64,000 nt of DNA, taken from NCBI GenBank assembly GCA_963662545.2, contig CAXXLL010000002.1, positions 2,368,001-2,432,000 of the forward strand, given 5' to 3'. The translations under genes were made by a program, and so were the position numbers. The stretch comes from Gammaproteobacteria bacterium (GTDB lineage Bacteria > Pseudomonadota > Gammaproteobacteria > Ga0077536). Below, piece after piece: positions 49,713 to 59,540 of the stretch (the stretch's first letter is position 1; each line of letters begins with the position of its first letter). Below the pieces are notes generated by a model. It was not told where the DNA came from and did no database searches. It was given only the letters and a program-made list of their open reading frames with translations.

Positions 49713-50477
49713 TTACTCGGCATCAGACGTCATGAGCGTGTTCACCTTGCCGGTGACCTGTTCGCCCGTCCTGCCGAAGCGCCGTTGGCGCCCGGCATAA
49801 CTCACCAGTGCTTTTTCAAATTCCGCGGTATCAAAATCTGGCCACAGACAGTCGGTAAAATAGAGTTCTGTATAAGCGAGCTGCCACAGCAGATAGTTGC
49901 TGATGCGTTTTTCTCCGCCGGATCTGATGAAGAGATCGGGTTCTGGCAAATCGGCCAGCGCGAGATTTTGCGCGATCAGTTCCGGCGAAATTGCCGAAGG
50001 ATCGAGTTCGCCCTGCCCGACTTTCACCGCCAGTTTGCGAACCGCCTCAGTTATGTCCCAGCGTCCGCCGTAATTCGCGGCAATGATGAGGTTAAGGCGG
50101 TCATTGTCGCGCGTCTTGGCTTGCCCCTCGCTGATGCAGCGTCTCAGCCTCTTTGGGAAAGCCGTAACGTCGCCGATGACGCGCAGCCTCACGCCGGCTT
50201 CGTGAAGGCGTTCAATCTCCTGTTCGAGCGCGACTACGAAAAGATCGAAAAGCAGTCGCACTTCCGCCGGCGGCCGGCGCCAGTTCTCGCTGCTGAATGC
50301 AAACAAAGTCAGCGCCTCAATGCCTGCTTCGGCGCAGTATTTGATGATGACCCGCAGGTTTTCAACACCCGCCCTGTGCCCTGCGATCCGCGGTAGCTGC
50401 CTTTTACGCGCCCAACGCCCGTTGCCGTCCATGATGATGGCAACGTGGCGGGGAAGCCTCGATTCTATCGTTGTCAC
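49713..50477 (-). CDS. uppS: Undecaprenyl diphosphate synthase
   Basis: HVAIIMDGNGRWA, FSSENW, RISNYLLWQ; GTG start at 50477. Confidence 0.96.
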   Translation of the reverse strand: MTTIESRLPRHVAIIMDGNGRWARKRQLPRIAGHRAGVENLRVIIKYCAEAGIEALTLFAFSSENWRRPPAEVRLLFDLFVVALEQEIERLHEAGVRLRVIGDVTAFPKRLRRCISEGQAKTRDNDRLNLIIAANYGGRWDITEAVRKLAVKVGQGELDPSAISPELIAQNLALADLPEPDLFIRSGGEKRISNYLLWQLAYTELYFTDCLWPDFDTAEFEKALVSYAGRQRRFGRTGEQVTGKVNTLMTSDAE

Positions 50478-50487
50478 CTTTTCACCC

Positions 50488-51045
50488 TCAGATTTCGAGC
50501 GTTTCCTTTTCCTTGCCGGCGACGATCTCATCGATTTTGGCGACGTGCTCGTCAGTCAACTTTTGCACGACATCTTCGCCCCTGTGTTCGTCATCTTTGG
50601 AGATTTCTTTATCCTTGACCAAATCCTTCATATGCGAAATCGCGTCGCGCCGGATGTTTCTCACCGCGACTTTCGCCTGCTCCGCCTCGTGCTTGATGAC
50701 TTTGATCAAATCCTTGCGCCGTTCTTCCGTCAAGGCCGGCAACGGAATTCTAATTACCATTCCGGCTGTTGCAGGATTGAGCCCGAGGTCGGATTCCAGA
50801 ATCGCCTTTTCTATGGCCTCGACCATCGACTTATCCCACGCGGTCACGGTCAGCGTGCGCGCGTCTTCGACTGTGACGTTCGCAGTTTGTGTAATTGGCG
50901 TGCGAGTTCCGTAATAGTCGACGGTCACGTGATCAAGAAGACTCGGGTGCGCCCGCCCCGTGCGGAGCCGGGTCAAATCCGACCGGAACGATTCGACGCT
51001 CTTACCCATACGGGATTTTGCGTCATCCTCAATATCTTTGATCAT
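50488..51045 (-). CDS. frr: Ribosome recycling factor
   Basis: [24 protein letters not shown]. Confidence 0.97.
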   Translation of the reverse strand: MIKDIEDDAKSRMGKSVESFRSDLTRLRTGRAHPSLLDHVTVDYYGTRTPITQTANVTVEDARTLTVTAWDKSMVEAIEKAILESDLGLNPATAGMVIRIPLPALTEERRKDLIKVIKHEAEQAKVAVRNIRRDAISHMKDLVKDKEISKDDEHRGEDVVQKLTDEHVAKIDEIVAGKEKETLEI

Positions 51046-51046
51046 C

Positions 51047-51781
51047 CTACTTCTGCACCGTTACCAGAGTCCCGACCTCCTGTCCAAGCGCGGCCGCAAC
51101 GAAGGTGCCCGGTTTTGTCATATTGACAACGCGCAAAGGCATTTTATTGTCGCGGCATAATACAATCGCGGTAGCATCCATGACATTGAGCTTTCGTTCA
51201 AGCACATCGTCGTAGTCGAGCGTTTTGTATTTTATCGCCTGCCGATCGATAGCCGGGTCCGCTGAGTAAACGCCATCGACCTTAGTCGCCTTGATCATAA
51301 GGTCTGCGTCGATCTCAATAGCCCGTAAACTCGCGGCGGAATCGGTCGTAAAGAATGGGTTGCCCGTACCCGCGGCGAGAATGACTACACGGCCCTTTTC
51401 AAGGTGCCGTAGCGCGCGCCGGCGAATGTAGTCTTCGCAAACTTCATTGATTTTGATCGCTGACATGACACGAGCGTATACGCCCTTACGCTCCAATGCG
51501 TCCTGAATGGCCAGCGCATTGATCACCGTCCCGAGCATCCCCATGTGATCGGCCGTTACCCGGTCCATCCCCGACGCAGCAAGTCCGGCTCCGCGGAATA
51601 TATTGCCGCCGCCGATGACGATAGCTACCTGTACGCCGGAATCTCGAAGATCCTGAATTTCGTTGCCGATCCTCTCGAGTACAGCGGGATCGATTCCATA
51701 ATCTTGCTCGCCCAATAAAGCTTCGCCGCTGAGTTTAATCAGTACGCGGCGATACCGGGCTTGCGGAGAATGACCCGTCAT
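51047..51781 (-). CDS. pyrH: UMP kinase
   Basis: [28 protein letters not shown]. Confidence 0.97.
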   Translation of the reverse strand: MTGHSPQARYRRVLIKLSGEALLGEQDYGIDPAVLERIGNEIQDLRDSGVQVAIVIGGGNIFRGAGLAASGMDRVTADHMGMLGTVINALAIQDALERKGVYARVMSAIKINEVCEDYIRRRALRHLEKGRVVILAAGTGNPFFTTDSAASLRAIEIDADLMIKATKVDGVYSADPAIDRQAIKYKTLDYDDVLERKLNVMDATAIVLCRDNKMPLRVVNMTKPGTFVAAALGQEVGTLVTVQK

Positions 51782-51957
51782 CGAAAATACTGTGACAAGT
51801 GTGCTGTCGTGTAATAAAGCTTCATAACTCGCTGATCCTCGTGCCGCGTCACGGTGTTGCGATTTTGGCCGTATTACCGATACGACGGCTCATCGCCCCG
51901 TACACCCCGAGCGTCCTGCGCGCTGTACTGAAGATTAATACGGGACTAAACCATTCT

Positions 51958-52020
51958 TCAGGATCGGCCGGCGCTTCGTGCCTGCGCCATGACTTCATCT
52001 GCGATATTCTCCTGCTGCTT
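51958..52020 (-). pseudogene. tsf: Orphaned C-terminal fragment of EF-Ts
   Basis: Translates KQQENIADEVMAQARSAGRS*, the typical EF-Ts tail, separated from tsf by a MITE. Confidence 0.8.
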
Positions 52021-52024
52021 TTAG

Positions 52025-52186
52025 GGAACCTCTGAATAAGTCAAGGTGCATGTGAATTGTTCATGCAGTGGAGGAGATCAAGGCACGAATCGCAGGCCAT
52101 AGCGGGCAATATTGGCAAGCTTCGTAACGCGGTGCTGCACGATTTCATGGGCAAGGCAGATGTGCCATGACTTATTCAGAGGTCCC
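52025..52186. mobile_element. MITE family A, copy 4, inside the 3' end of tsf
   Basis: TIRs intact (one substitution); TTAG duplication at 52021-52024 and 52187-52190. Confidence 0.92.
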
Positions 52187-53008
52187 TTAGATGCCTTCGC
52201 CGACTTCGTACCGGACGAAACGCCTGACCTTCGCGTCGCTTGCATCGAGCAGTTGCGCCACCGTCCGATCCGTGTCCTTAACGAACGCCTGGCCCAGCAG
52301 CGTAATTTCGTTTATGAATTTCTTCAGCCTGCCTTCGACCATTTTATCGACGATCTGCGGCGGCTTGCCGCTCTGCTCCGCTTGAGCAACCTGGATTTCG
52401 CGTTCTTTTGATAGTAGTTCTTCATTGACATCGTCTTCGCCGATACAAACCGGGCTACTGGCCGCCACCTGCATTGCGATGTCGCGCGCGAGATCGCGGG
52501 TCCCGCCTTCCATCGCGACCAAAACCCCAATTCGGTTGCTGTGAACATACGACTCGATGACGCCCTCCGCGAAATCCACATAATCGAAGCGGCGTACGGA
52601 AATGTTTTCCCCGATTTTAGTTATGAGGTTTGTACGCATTTCCTCGATAGATTCCCCGTTGTCAGTGACAGCGGCAGCCAGAGCCTCGAGATCCTGCGGA
52701 CGTTGCCGGAGAAGAACCGCCGCGACGCTCTGCGTAAACTGAGTAAAGTTGTCGTTTTTCGCGACGAAGTCGGTTTCGCTGTTAACCTCGACGAGAACCG
52801 AGCGACTGCCGTCGACGACGGCGATAACAGCGCCTTCAGCCGCGATTCTGCCCGCCCTTTTTGCCGCTTTCGCGGCACCGGACTTGCGCAGGTATTCCAG
52901 CGCGGTCTCTATATCTCCATCGGTTTCGACCAGTGCTTTTTTGCACTCCATCATGCCCGCGCCCGAGCGTTCACGTACTTCTTTCACCATGCTGGCGGAA
53001 ATCGCCAT
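52187..53008 (-). CDS. tsf: Elongation factor Ts, C-terminally truncated
   Basis: GAGMMECKKAL, EVNSETDFVAKN, ends VRYEVGEGI*. Confidence 0.95.
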   Translation of the reverse strand: MAISASMVKEVRERSGAGMMECKKALVETDGDIETALEYLRKSGAAKAAKRAGRIAAEGAVIAVVDGSRSVLVEVNSETDFVAKNDNFTQFTQSVAAVLLRQRPQDLEALAAAVTDNGESIEEMRTNLITKIGENISVRRFDYVDFAEGVIESYVHSNRIGVLVAMEGGTRDLARDIAMQVAASSPVCIGEDDVNEELLSKEREIQVAQAEQSGKPPQIVDKMVEGRLKKFINEITLLGQAFVKDTDRTVAQLLDASDAKVRRFVRYEVGEGI

Positions 53009-53050
53009 GTTTCAGTTCCTCTGCACGTATCGGTGACGATAAACGCCGAG

Positions 53051-53959
53051 TTATTCCTTTATCGACGCTTCCACGCCGCCTTCGACCTTGGCATCGGCGG
53101 TGTCATCCGTTGCGGCACTCGCAGGCGCCTCGCCATCTTCCACTGCCGTTTCGGGCTCTATCGATTCACCTTCTGATTGATCTGAAGCCTGGTCCGAAGC
53201 CGGCGGCGAAAGTGCTTGCGCTTCGGCTTCGTCGATCTCCACAAAATCGTCGGCCGCCCCTTCGGCTGCTTCGGATATGATTAAACGGCTGTCGAGAATC
53301 GCATCGCAAACGGCCTTGGTGTAAAGATTGATCGAACGTATCGCATCATCATTCCCCGGTATCACGTAATCGATTCCATCGGGTGAATGGTTCGTATCGA
53401 CGACCGCAACGATCGGGATCCCGAGCTTGATGGCTTCGGCGACCGCTATGCGTTCGTGCCCGACATCGACGATAAACAAGGCGTCGGGAAGGGTTTCCAT
53501 ATCCTTGATGCCGCCGAGCCCCGCATTCAGTTTTTCGAGTTCACGCCGGATCTGCAGCCCTTCCTTTTTCGACATGCGCTCGAGTCCACCTGATTCAATC
53601 AGCTCCTCGTGTTCGCGCAGCCGGTTTATGGATTGCTTGACCGTCTTGAAATTGGTCAACATGCCGCCGAGCCAGCGTCGGCTTACGTAAGGCATGGAAC
53701 AACGCTGCGCTTCTCGTGCAATCGCCTCCTGGGCGGCCCGCTTCGTTCCCACTAAGAGGATCTTTCCACGCTTCGCTGCGAGGCGACCGATGAAATTTAT
53801 CGCCTCCTCGAACAGGGGTAATGACCTCTCGAGGTTAATAATGTGGATCTTATTGCGTTCCCCGAAGATGTACGGGGCCATTTTTGGATGCCAGAATCGG
53901 GTCTGGTGGCCGAAATGCACACCAGCCTCCAACATCTGGCGCATGCTCACATCGCTCAT
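53051..53959 (-). CDS. rpsB: 30S ribosomal protein S2
   Basis: [29 protein letters not shown]; ATG 53959 with AGGAG RBS. Confidence 0.97.
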   Translation of the reverse strand: MSDVSMRQMLEAGVHFGHQTRFWHPKMAPYIFGERNKIHIINLERSLPLFEEAINFIGRLAAKRGKILLVGTKRAAQEAIAREAQRCSMPYVSRRWLGGMLTNFKTVKQSINRLREHEELIESGGLERMSKKEGLQIRRELEKLNAGLGGIKDMETLPDALFIVDVGHERIAVAEAIKLGIPIVAVVDTNHSPDGIDYVIPGNDDAIRSINLYTKAVCDAILDSRLIISEAAEGAADDFVEIDEAEAQALSPPASDQASDQSEGESIEPETAVEDGEAPASAATDDTADAKVEGGVEASIKE

Positions 53960-53975
53960 CGCGTCTTCTCCTAAT

Positions 53976-54060
53976 TGGGTTAGGCCTCCACGAATCCCAT
54001 GCGCCAATCCGCCGCTATCGCCGCAGACACCCGGACGCGTGTGTCGATTCGTGTGCGTAA
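53976..54060 (-). ncRNA. rpsB leader (t44/S2 autoregulatory RNA)
   Basis: CACACGAATCGACACA...GGGTG...ATGGGATTCGTGGAGGCCTAACCC upstream of rpsB. Confidence 0.75.
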
Positions 54061-54080
54061 TTATTTCGAAGCGGGTTTAA

Positions 54081-54111
54081 GAAACCTCTGAATAAGTTAT
54101 GGTGCGGGTGG
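54081..54111 (+). mobile_element. Solo end of a family A-related MITE
   Basis: GAAACCTCTGAATAAGTTATGGTGCGGGTGG, identical to 58004-58034. Confidence 0.7.
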
Positions 54112-54408
54112 TGAAGAATGTCCCCTGACATCGTTCACCTCGCTGCAGCGAATACTCGGGTTCCATAGCGCTCTTCCACCAAGCAATTGGGCGCGCAACG
54201 GCTGCTAGTGCCTCTCTGAGGCGCAGCCAGACTGGCGCAGAACCATTTTTTTCGCCAGTCTGTAAATGCGTGGGGGTTGCTGTTTCGCGGCCCCTTCGAC
54301 ATTAACACGGGTTCAAACAGTGTTTTTCCGTGCATCCAATTGCCTAGAAGGCGCGCGCTTTATACCATAGAACCTTCGGCACAACAATGACTTGGAAGCA
54401 GATACCCA

Positions 54409-55188
54409 ATGCCGGTCTCGATTAAAACAGCCGACGAAATAGAGAAGATGAGGGTGGCCGGCCGCCTCGCCGCAGCGGTGCTTGATATGATCGAGCCACA
54501 CGTCCGTGAGGACGTGACGACGGCAGAATTAAACCTCATGTGCCACGACTATATCGTCGATGTGCAGCAGTCAATCCCCGCGCCCCTCGATTATCACGGC
54601 TTTCCAAAATCGATATGCACTTCGATCAATCACGTCGTCTGCCACGGTATTCCTGCCAATAGGAAGCTGAAAAACGGCGATGTCGTGAACATCGACATCA
54701 CTGTCATAAAAGACGGCTTTCACGGCGACACATCGAAAATGTTTTTCATCGGTAATCCCTCCAGCAAGGCCCGACGCCTGGTCGAGACTTCCTATGAATG
54801 TCTAAAAACGGGAATCGAGATGGTGCGTCCGGGAGTTCGTCTGGGCGACATCGGCGCGGCCATCCAACAATTGGCGGAATCGAGGAATTTCTCGGTCGTG
54901 CGTGAGTACTGCGGGCACGGGATCGGCCGAGAATTCCATGAAGAACCACAAGTACTCCACTATGGCGTTTCCGGTACGGGCCTCGAGTTGCGAGCAGGCA
55001 TGACGTTCACCATTGAACCGATGATCAATGCTGGAAAACGCCACGTAAAACTACTGCCGGACAACTGGACGGTCGTAACAAAGGATAGAAGCCTTTCAGC
55101 ACAGTGGGAACATACAATACTGGTCACGGATATAGGCCGCGACGTTTTGACCGCGCGCGCCGAAGAATGCTTTGAAGTAGCGGCGTGA
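54409..55188 (+). CDS. map: Methionine aminopeptidase type I
   Basis: SICTSINHVVCHGIP, GHGIG..FHEEP, FTIEPM, SAQWEHT. Confidence 0.97.
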   Translation: MPVSIKTADEIEKMRVAGRLAAAVLDMIEPHVREDVTTAELNLMCHDYIVDVQQSIPAPLDYHGFPKSICTSINHVVCHGIPANRKLKNGDVVNIDITVIKDGFHGDTSKMFFIGNPSSKARRLVETSYECLKTGIEMVRPGVRLGDIGAAIQQLAESRNFSVVREYCGHGIGREFHEEPQVLHYGVSGTGLELRAGMTFTIEPMINAGKRHVKLLPDNWTVVTKDRSLSAQWEHTILVTDIGRDVLTARAEECFEVAA

Positions 55189-55228
55189 ACACCCGATCGG
55201 CGAAGGTCACGGCGGTCGAATCTCTGTC

Positions 55229-55900
55229 ATGAGGCAGACCGCCCCCGGTTCCGAACCCGATTTGATCGCGCGCGCGGAGAGGTTTGCCGGCTTGACGATT
55301 GAACAGCTGGCGTCCAAGACGGGTACACGACGGCCGCAAAATCTGAACAGTCACAAAGGCTGGGTCGGCGAATTGCTGGAGATCGCTCTCGGGGCTGACG
55401 CATCGTCCAGACCGGTGCCTGATTTCGAACACCTTGGTATCGAGCTTAAAACGATCCCGCTCGACCAGAACGGACTGCCGCGTGAATCGACCCATGTTTG
55501 TACCGTGCAAATGAAGGATCTAGCGGGTCAACACTGGAAAAATTCCACCGTATACGGGAAGTTGAAACGCGTGCTCTGGATCCCGATAGAAGCAAGCTCC
55601 TCGATCCCGCTCAGCGAGCGCCGGATTGGCCGGCCGATCATCTGGAGCCCAAGCGCTAATCAGGAAGAAATCTTGCGTGAAGATTGGGAAGAGCAGATCG
55701 AACTCATCGCGACGGGGCGCCTGGACGAACTGGACGCACGAATGGGTACCTACCTACAGATTCGCCCCAAAGCCGCAAATGCCCGCTCTCTGGCGCCGGC
55801 AGCGGACGCGGACGGCGCTCCGACACGGACGCTGCCGCGGGGGTTTTACCTGCGTGCGACTTTCACGCGCTTGATCCTGGTCCAAGGAACCTCTGAATAA
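55229..55900 (+). CDS. mutH: DNA mismatch repair endonuclease
   Basis: KGWVGELLE..LGA, PDF..LGIELKTIP, LQIRPKAAN, PRGFYLR. Confidence 0.92.
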   Translation: MRQTAPGSEPDLIARAERFAGLTIEQLASKTGTRRPQNLNSHKGWVGELLEIALGADASSRPVPDFEHLGIELKTIPLDQNGLPRESTHVCTVQMKDLAGQHWKNSTVYGKLKRVLWIPIEASSSIPLSERRIGRPIIWSPSANQEEILREDWEEQIELIATGRLDELDARMGTYLQIRPKAANARSLAPAADADGAPTRTLPRGFYLRATFTRLILVQGTSE

Positions 55901-56046
55901 GTCATGGCCCATCTGCCTGGCCCATGAAATGGCGGAGCCTTACGTTACGAACCTTAGCCCTAACCCCGCTATGGCCTGCGATTCGTGCCTTGATCTGCAC
56001 CATTGCATGAACAATTCAGACGCACCATGACTTATTCAGAGATTCC
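55886..56046. mobile_element. MITE family A, copy 5
   Basis: TIRs; flanks CCAA/CTAA; supplies the mutH stop. Confidence 0.9.
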
Positions 56047-56054
56047 CTAACGAC

Positions 56055-57068
56055 ATGCCGATCCCCGGCGACGACAAATTCAGCGCGTGGCGGCTCTGCA
56101 TCGCTCCCATGATGAAAAGGACCGACCGCCACTTTCGCTACCTCCTCAGGTTGATTTCACCGCGCGCGCGGCTATACACGGAAATGATCACCACCGGTGC
56201 CATTCTGTACGGCGACCGGGATCGATTGCTGGCGCACGACGAGATGGAACATCCTCTCGCGGTGCAACTCGGCGGTAGTGACATCGGCGATCTGACCGCG
56301 GCCGCCGGCATCGCCGCCGCATATGATTACGACGAAATCAATCTGAATTGCGGATGTCCCAGCGACCGCGTTCGGTCGGGCAGATTCGGTGCCTGCTTGA
56401 TGGCCCAACCGGCGCTCGTCGCGGATTGCGTCAAGGCACTCCGGGATTCGATGGCTGCATCGATGACCCTGAGCGTAAAGTTACGCCTGGGGATAGACGA
56501 CCTCTACAACTACCCCTATTTCAGGGATTTCGTCGGCGAACTGGCTGATGCGGGGTGTCGGTTGTTCCACGTGCACGCGAGGAAGGCTTGCCTGTCGGGA
56601 TTTAGCCCGGCGGAGAATCGTGAGATCCCACCGCTGAACTACGACTGGGTATACCACCTCAAGCGTGATTTCCCAGACATTGGCGTGGTGCTTAACGGCG
56701 GCATTGTGCGGCCCGAGACGATCAGGCGGCACCTGAGTCGTGTCGACGGCATCATGGTAGGACGCCATGCCTACGCCGATCCGTTTGCTGTTATGAGATA
56801 CGACCGCATGGCCTGCGGTGATGTTATCGATCCAACGACACGCTCCGAAATCGTAAAGCGCTATCTGCCTTACATCGAACGAGAGCGCTTGCGCGGCGTT
56901 CCGCTCAAGCGTATGAGCAGACATTTGCTCAACCTGTTCAAGGGCCAGCCCGGGGCAAAGCGATGGCGTAGACATCTCACCCATCACGGTGCGGCCGAAA
57001 ATGCGGACACCGAAGTCGTCAGCGAAGCGCTCGCATGCGTCAGCAATCCACGCGCGGGACCTGCGTGA
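56055..57068 (+). CDS. dusA: tRNA-dihydrouridine synthase A
   Basis: APMM..TDRHFRY, QLGGSD, EINLNCGCPSDRV, HARKA. Confidence 0.93.
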   Translation: MPIPGDDKFSAWRLCIAPMMKRTDRHFRYLLRLISPRARLYTEMITTGAILYGDRDRLLAHDEMEHPLAVQLGGSDIGDLTAAAGIAAAYDYDEINLNCGCPSDRVRSGRFGACLMAQPALVADCVKALRDSMAASMTLSVKLRLGIDDLYNYPYFRDFVGELADAGCRLFHVHARKACLSGFSPAENREIPPLNYDWVYHLKRDFPDIGVVLNGGIVRPETIRRHLSRVDGIMVGRHAYADPFAVMRYDRMACGDVIDPTTRSEIVKRYLPYIERERLRGVPLKRMSRHLLNLFKGQPGAKRWRRHLTHHGAAENADTEVVSEALACVSNPRAGPA

Positions 57069-57349
57069 CTCATTGAAGATTATGACGGGACGGCACCTTA
57101 GTGCTCCTACGACAGTGCTCCTACGACCTAATATTGATGGGTTCAGCGTTCCTACCTTGCTCTACCTCCGGCATCCATGCAGCCGTGCAGCCGTGCAGCG
57201 GTGGGATATCCGCCAGGAATCCGGATGCTATACAGGCTCCTAGCTGTCCCGGTACACGGAGCTATATAATATTTTAGACCCGGTTCGTCGCGGCGGCACG
57301 GATCTCATGCCGCGGGCACCCGAACACATAACCCAGATCTGAATTAATA

Positions 57350-58003
57350 ATGGATTTCGAAACTGCCCGTTTCAATATGGTCGAACAGCAAATTCGGCCG
57401 TGGGAAGTCCTCGATCAGAATGTGTTGAACGCATGCCTGGCCGTTCCGCGGGAGGCTTTTGCTCCCAAGCAATACCAGAACCTGGCTTTTTCAGACACGA
57501 TGGTCGATATCGGCCATGGCCAATTCATGATGGCGCCCAAAATCGAAGCGCGTCTGCTTCAGGCACTCGACGTGCAGGCCAGCGATCAAATACTCGAAAT
57601 CGGCACCGGGACCGGATATTTCGCCGCGCTGCTCGCGACATTGGGCGCGCAGGTCACGAGCGTGGATTTATTTGATGACTTCATCGAACGGGCCGCCGAG
57701 AGTCTGCGGCAAAACGGCATTACCAACGTCGAGCTGCACGTCGGCGACGCACTGGACGGGTGGCGCACCGCCACTCCGTATGACGTAATCGCAGTCACCG
57801 GATCCTCACCGGCCAGACGACAGGCCATAGAAGAGCAGTTGAGCATCGGCGGCCGTATGTTCATCATCGTCGGCATGGCTCCGGTCATGGAGGCCGCGCT
57901 GATCACTCGTGTAGACAAAGACACCTGGAGCGAGGAGATCCTGTTCGAGACGGAACTCGCGCCCTTGATTGGCGCCGAAACCGGGCCCGAATTTCGCTTC
58001 TAA
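57350..58003 (+). CDS. pcm: Protein-L-isoaspartate O-methyltransferase family
   Basis: ARFNMVEQQIRPWEV, LEIGTGTGY; upstream of tolC. Confidence 0.88.
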   Translation: MDFETARFNMVEQQIRPWEVLDQNVLNACLAVPREAFAPKQYQNLAFSDTMVDIGHGQFMMAPKIEARLLQALDVQASDQILEIGTGTGYFAALLATLGAQVTSVDLFDDFIERAAESLRQNGITNVELHVGDALDGWRTATPYDVIAVTGSSPARRQAIEEQLSIGGRMFIIVGMAPVMEAALITRVDKDTWSEEILFETELAPLIGAETGPEFRF

Positions 58004-58034
58004 GAAACCTCTGAATAAGTTATGGTGCGGGTGG
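58004..58034 (+). mobile_element. Solo end of a family A-related MITE at the pcm stop
   Basis: Preceded by CTAA; identical to 54081-54111. Confidence 0.7.
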
Positions 58035-58131
58035 GCTGCGCCCCGCTATGTAACGCTCGGAACGCCCTCGGCGCCGGACCCGATCTCATGGCAGGGTGAG
58101 CCCCGCACCTGAATAAGATATCGAAGCCCCC

Positions 58132-59511
58132 ATGCCTTCTCGTCCCAATGCACTTCTTGTTCGTCTGGTCGGTTTCACCTTGGCCTTCGCAGGCTCAATT
58201 TGTGATGCCCGCAATGATCTACTCTCTATCCTTCTAACCGCCGAACAAACGGATCCAGTGTACCGCGAAGCGCAGGCCCAGGCCCGCTCGGTCGCCGAAG
58301 ACGTCCCGCAGGCGAGAGCGAACCTCTTCTTCCCTACGCTCTCCTTTTCGACGGGAACGTCGCATCTCAGACAGGACATCGAGACCGCCACGACTTTTGG
58401 CACAGGGGGTAACGTTAGTTTTGCGACCGAGAATTACCGCATCAGCCTGTCACAACCAATCTATCACCATGATCGGTTCATTGCTTTGAAGCAGGCTGAC
58501 AATCGCGTCCAGCGGGCGAACCTCGAGGTTCTTGCAGCGCGGCAGGACTTGATGGTTCGCGTAACGAGACGCTATTTCGACGTGCTCGCGGCCCGCGATA
58601 ATCTGGAATTTGCGCAGGCGGAAAAAGAATCCCTTCAGAGCCAGCTCGAGCAGGCGCAACAACGATTCGACGTCGGGCTCATCGCTATAACCGATGTCCA
58701 AGAAGCCCAAGCCGGTTACGATCGAGCGCTTGCGGGTGAAATCAGTGCGCGGAATCTCGTCGAAAACGCGAACGAAGCGCTCTGGGAAGTTACCGAAAGC
58801 TATCATGTTGATCTTGCGCCCCTGGGAGAGGCGATGCCGCTTGTCGTTCCCGATCCGATCGACATTGAGGCGTGGACAGAAACGGCACTAAAGAACAACC
58901 TCGAATTAAACGCTTCACGGATAGCCTCGGATGAAGCACGAGATGAGATCCGGCGGCGATTCGCCCAGCATTTCCCAACTCTCGACGCGACCGGCGGACA
59001 CGGTTGGAATAGTCAGGGCGGACGATTCGGTGGAAGTTCAGTCACCCAAAGCGACATCGGCATTGAACTCAACGTGCCGATTTTTGAAGGGGGCCGCACC
59101 GTTTCACGTACGCGTCAAGCAGAGCACGATCACCGGGCTGCACTGGAACGTGTAGAGCAGACGCGCCGCGCAGTCTATCGGCAGACCCGTGAAGCATATT
59201 TGGGCGTGATCTCGCAGATCAGCTCGGTCAAGGCACTGCGTCAAGCCGTCATTTCGTCGGAGACGGCGCTCGAATCCACCCGCGCGGGTTTCGAAGTCGG
59301 TACTCGAACCGCCGTTGACGTCGTTGCCGCGGAGCGCGGACTATCACAGGCCAGGCGCGATTATGCGCGCGCAAGATACGATTACATTCTGGAGACTCTG
59401 CAACTGAAGCAGGCTGCGGGGAGTCTGCAACCGGATGATATCGCAATCGCCAACTCCTGGCTGGACGATGGTTCGCGGGAATCCTCAGTCGATGAAAATT
59501 TGATTCGATGA
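58132..59511 (+). CDS. tolC: TolC-family outer membrane channel
   Basis: RFDVGLIAITDVQEAQA, GFEVGTRTAVDV, LKQAAGSL. Confidence 0.9.
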   Translation: MPSRPNALLVRLVGFTLAFAGSICDARNDLLSILLTAEQTDPVYREAQAQARSVAEDVPQARANLFFPTLSFSTGTSHLRQDIETATTFGTGGNVSFATENYRISLSQPIYHHDRFIALKQADNRVQRANLEVLAARQDLMVRVTRRYFDVLAARDNLEFAQAEKESLQSQLEQAQQRFDVGLIAITDVQEAQAGYDRALAGEISARNLVENANEALWEVTESYHVDLAPLGEAMPLVVPDPIDIEAWTETALKNNLELNASRIASDEARDEIRRRFAQHFPTLDATGGHGWNSQGGRFGGSSVTQSDIGIELNVPIFEGGRTVSRTRQAEHDHRAALERVEQTRRAVYRQTREAYLGVISQISSVKALRQAVISSETALESTRAGFEVGTRTAVDVVAAERGLSQARRDYARARYDYILETLQLKQAAGSLQPDDIAIANSWLDDGSRESSVDENLIR

Positions 59512-59540
59512 AAGCGGCGAAACAGCACGGGAGATAGCTT

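Noticed and set aside
53960-54007. N-terminal extension of RpsB
   Set aside because: It falls in the leader RNA; the RBS supports ATG 53959.
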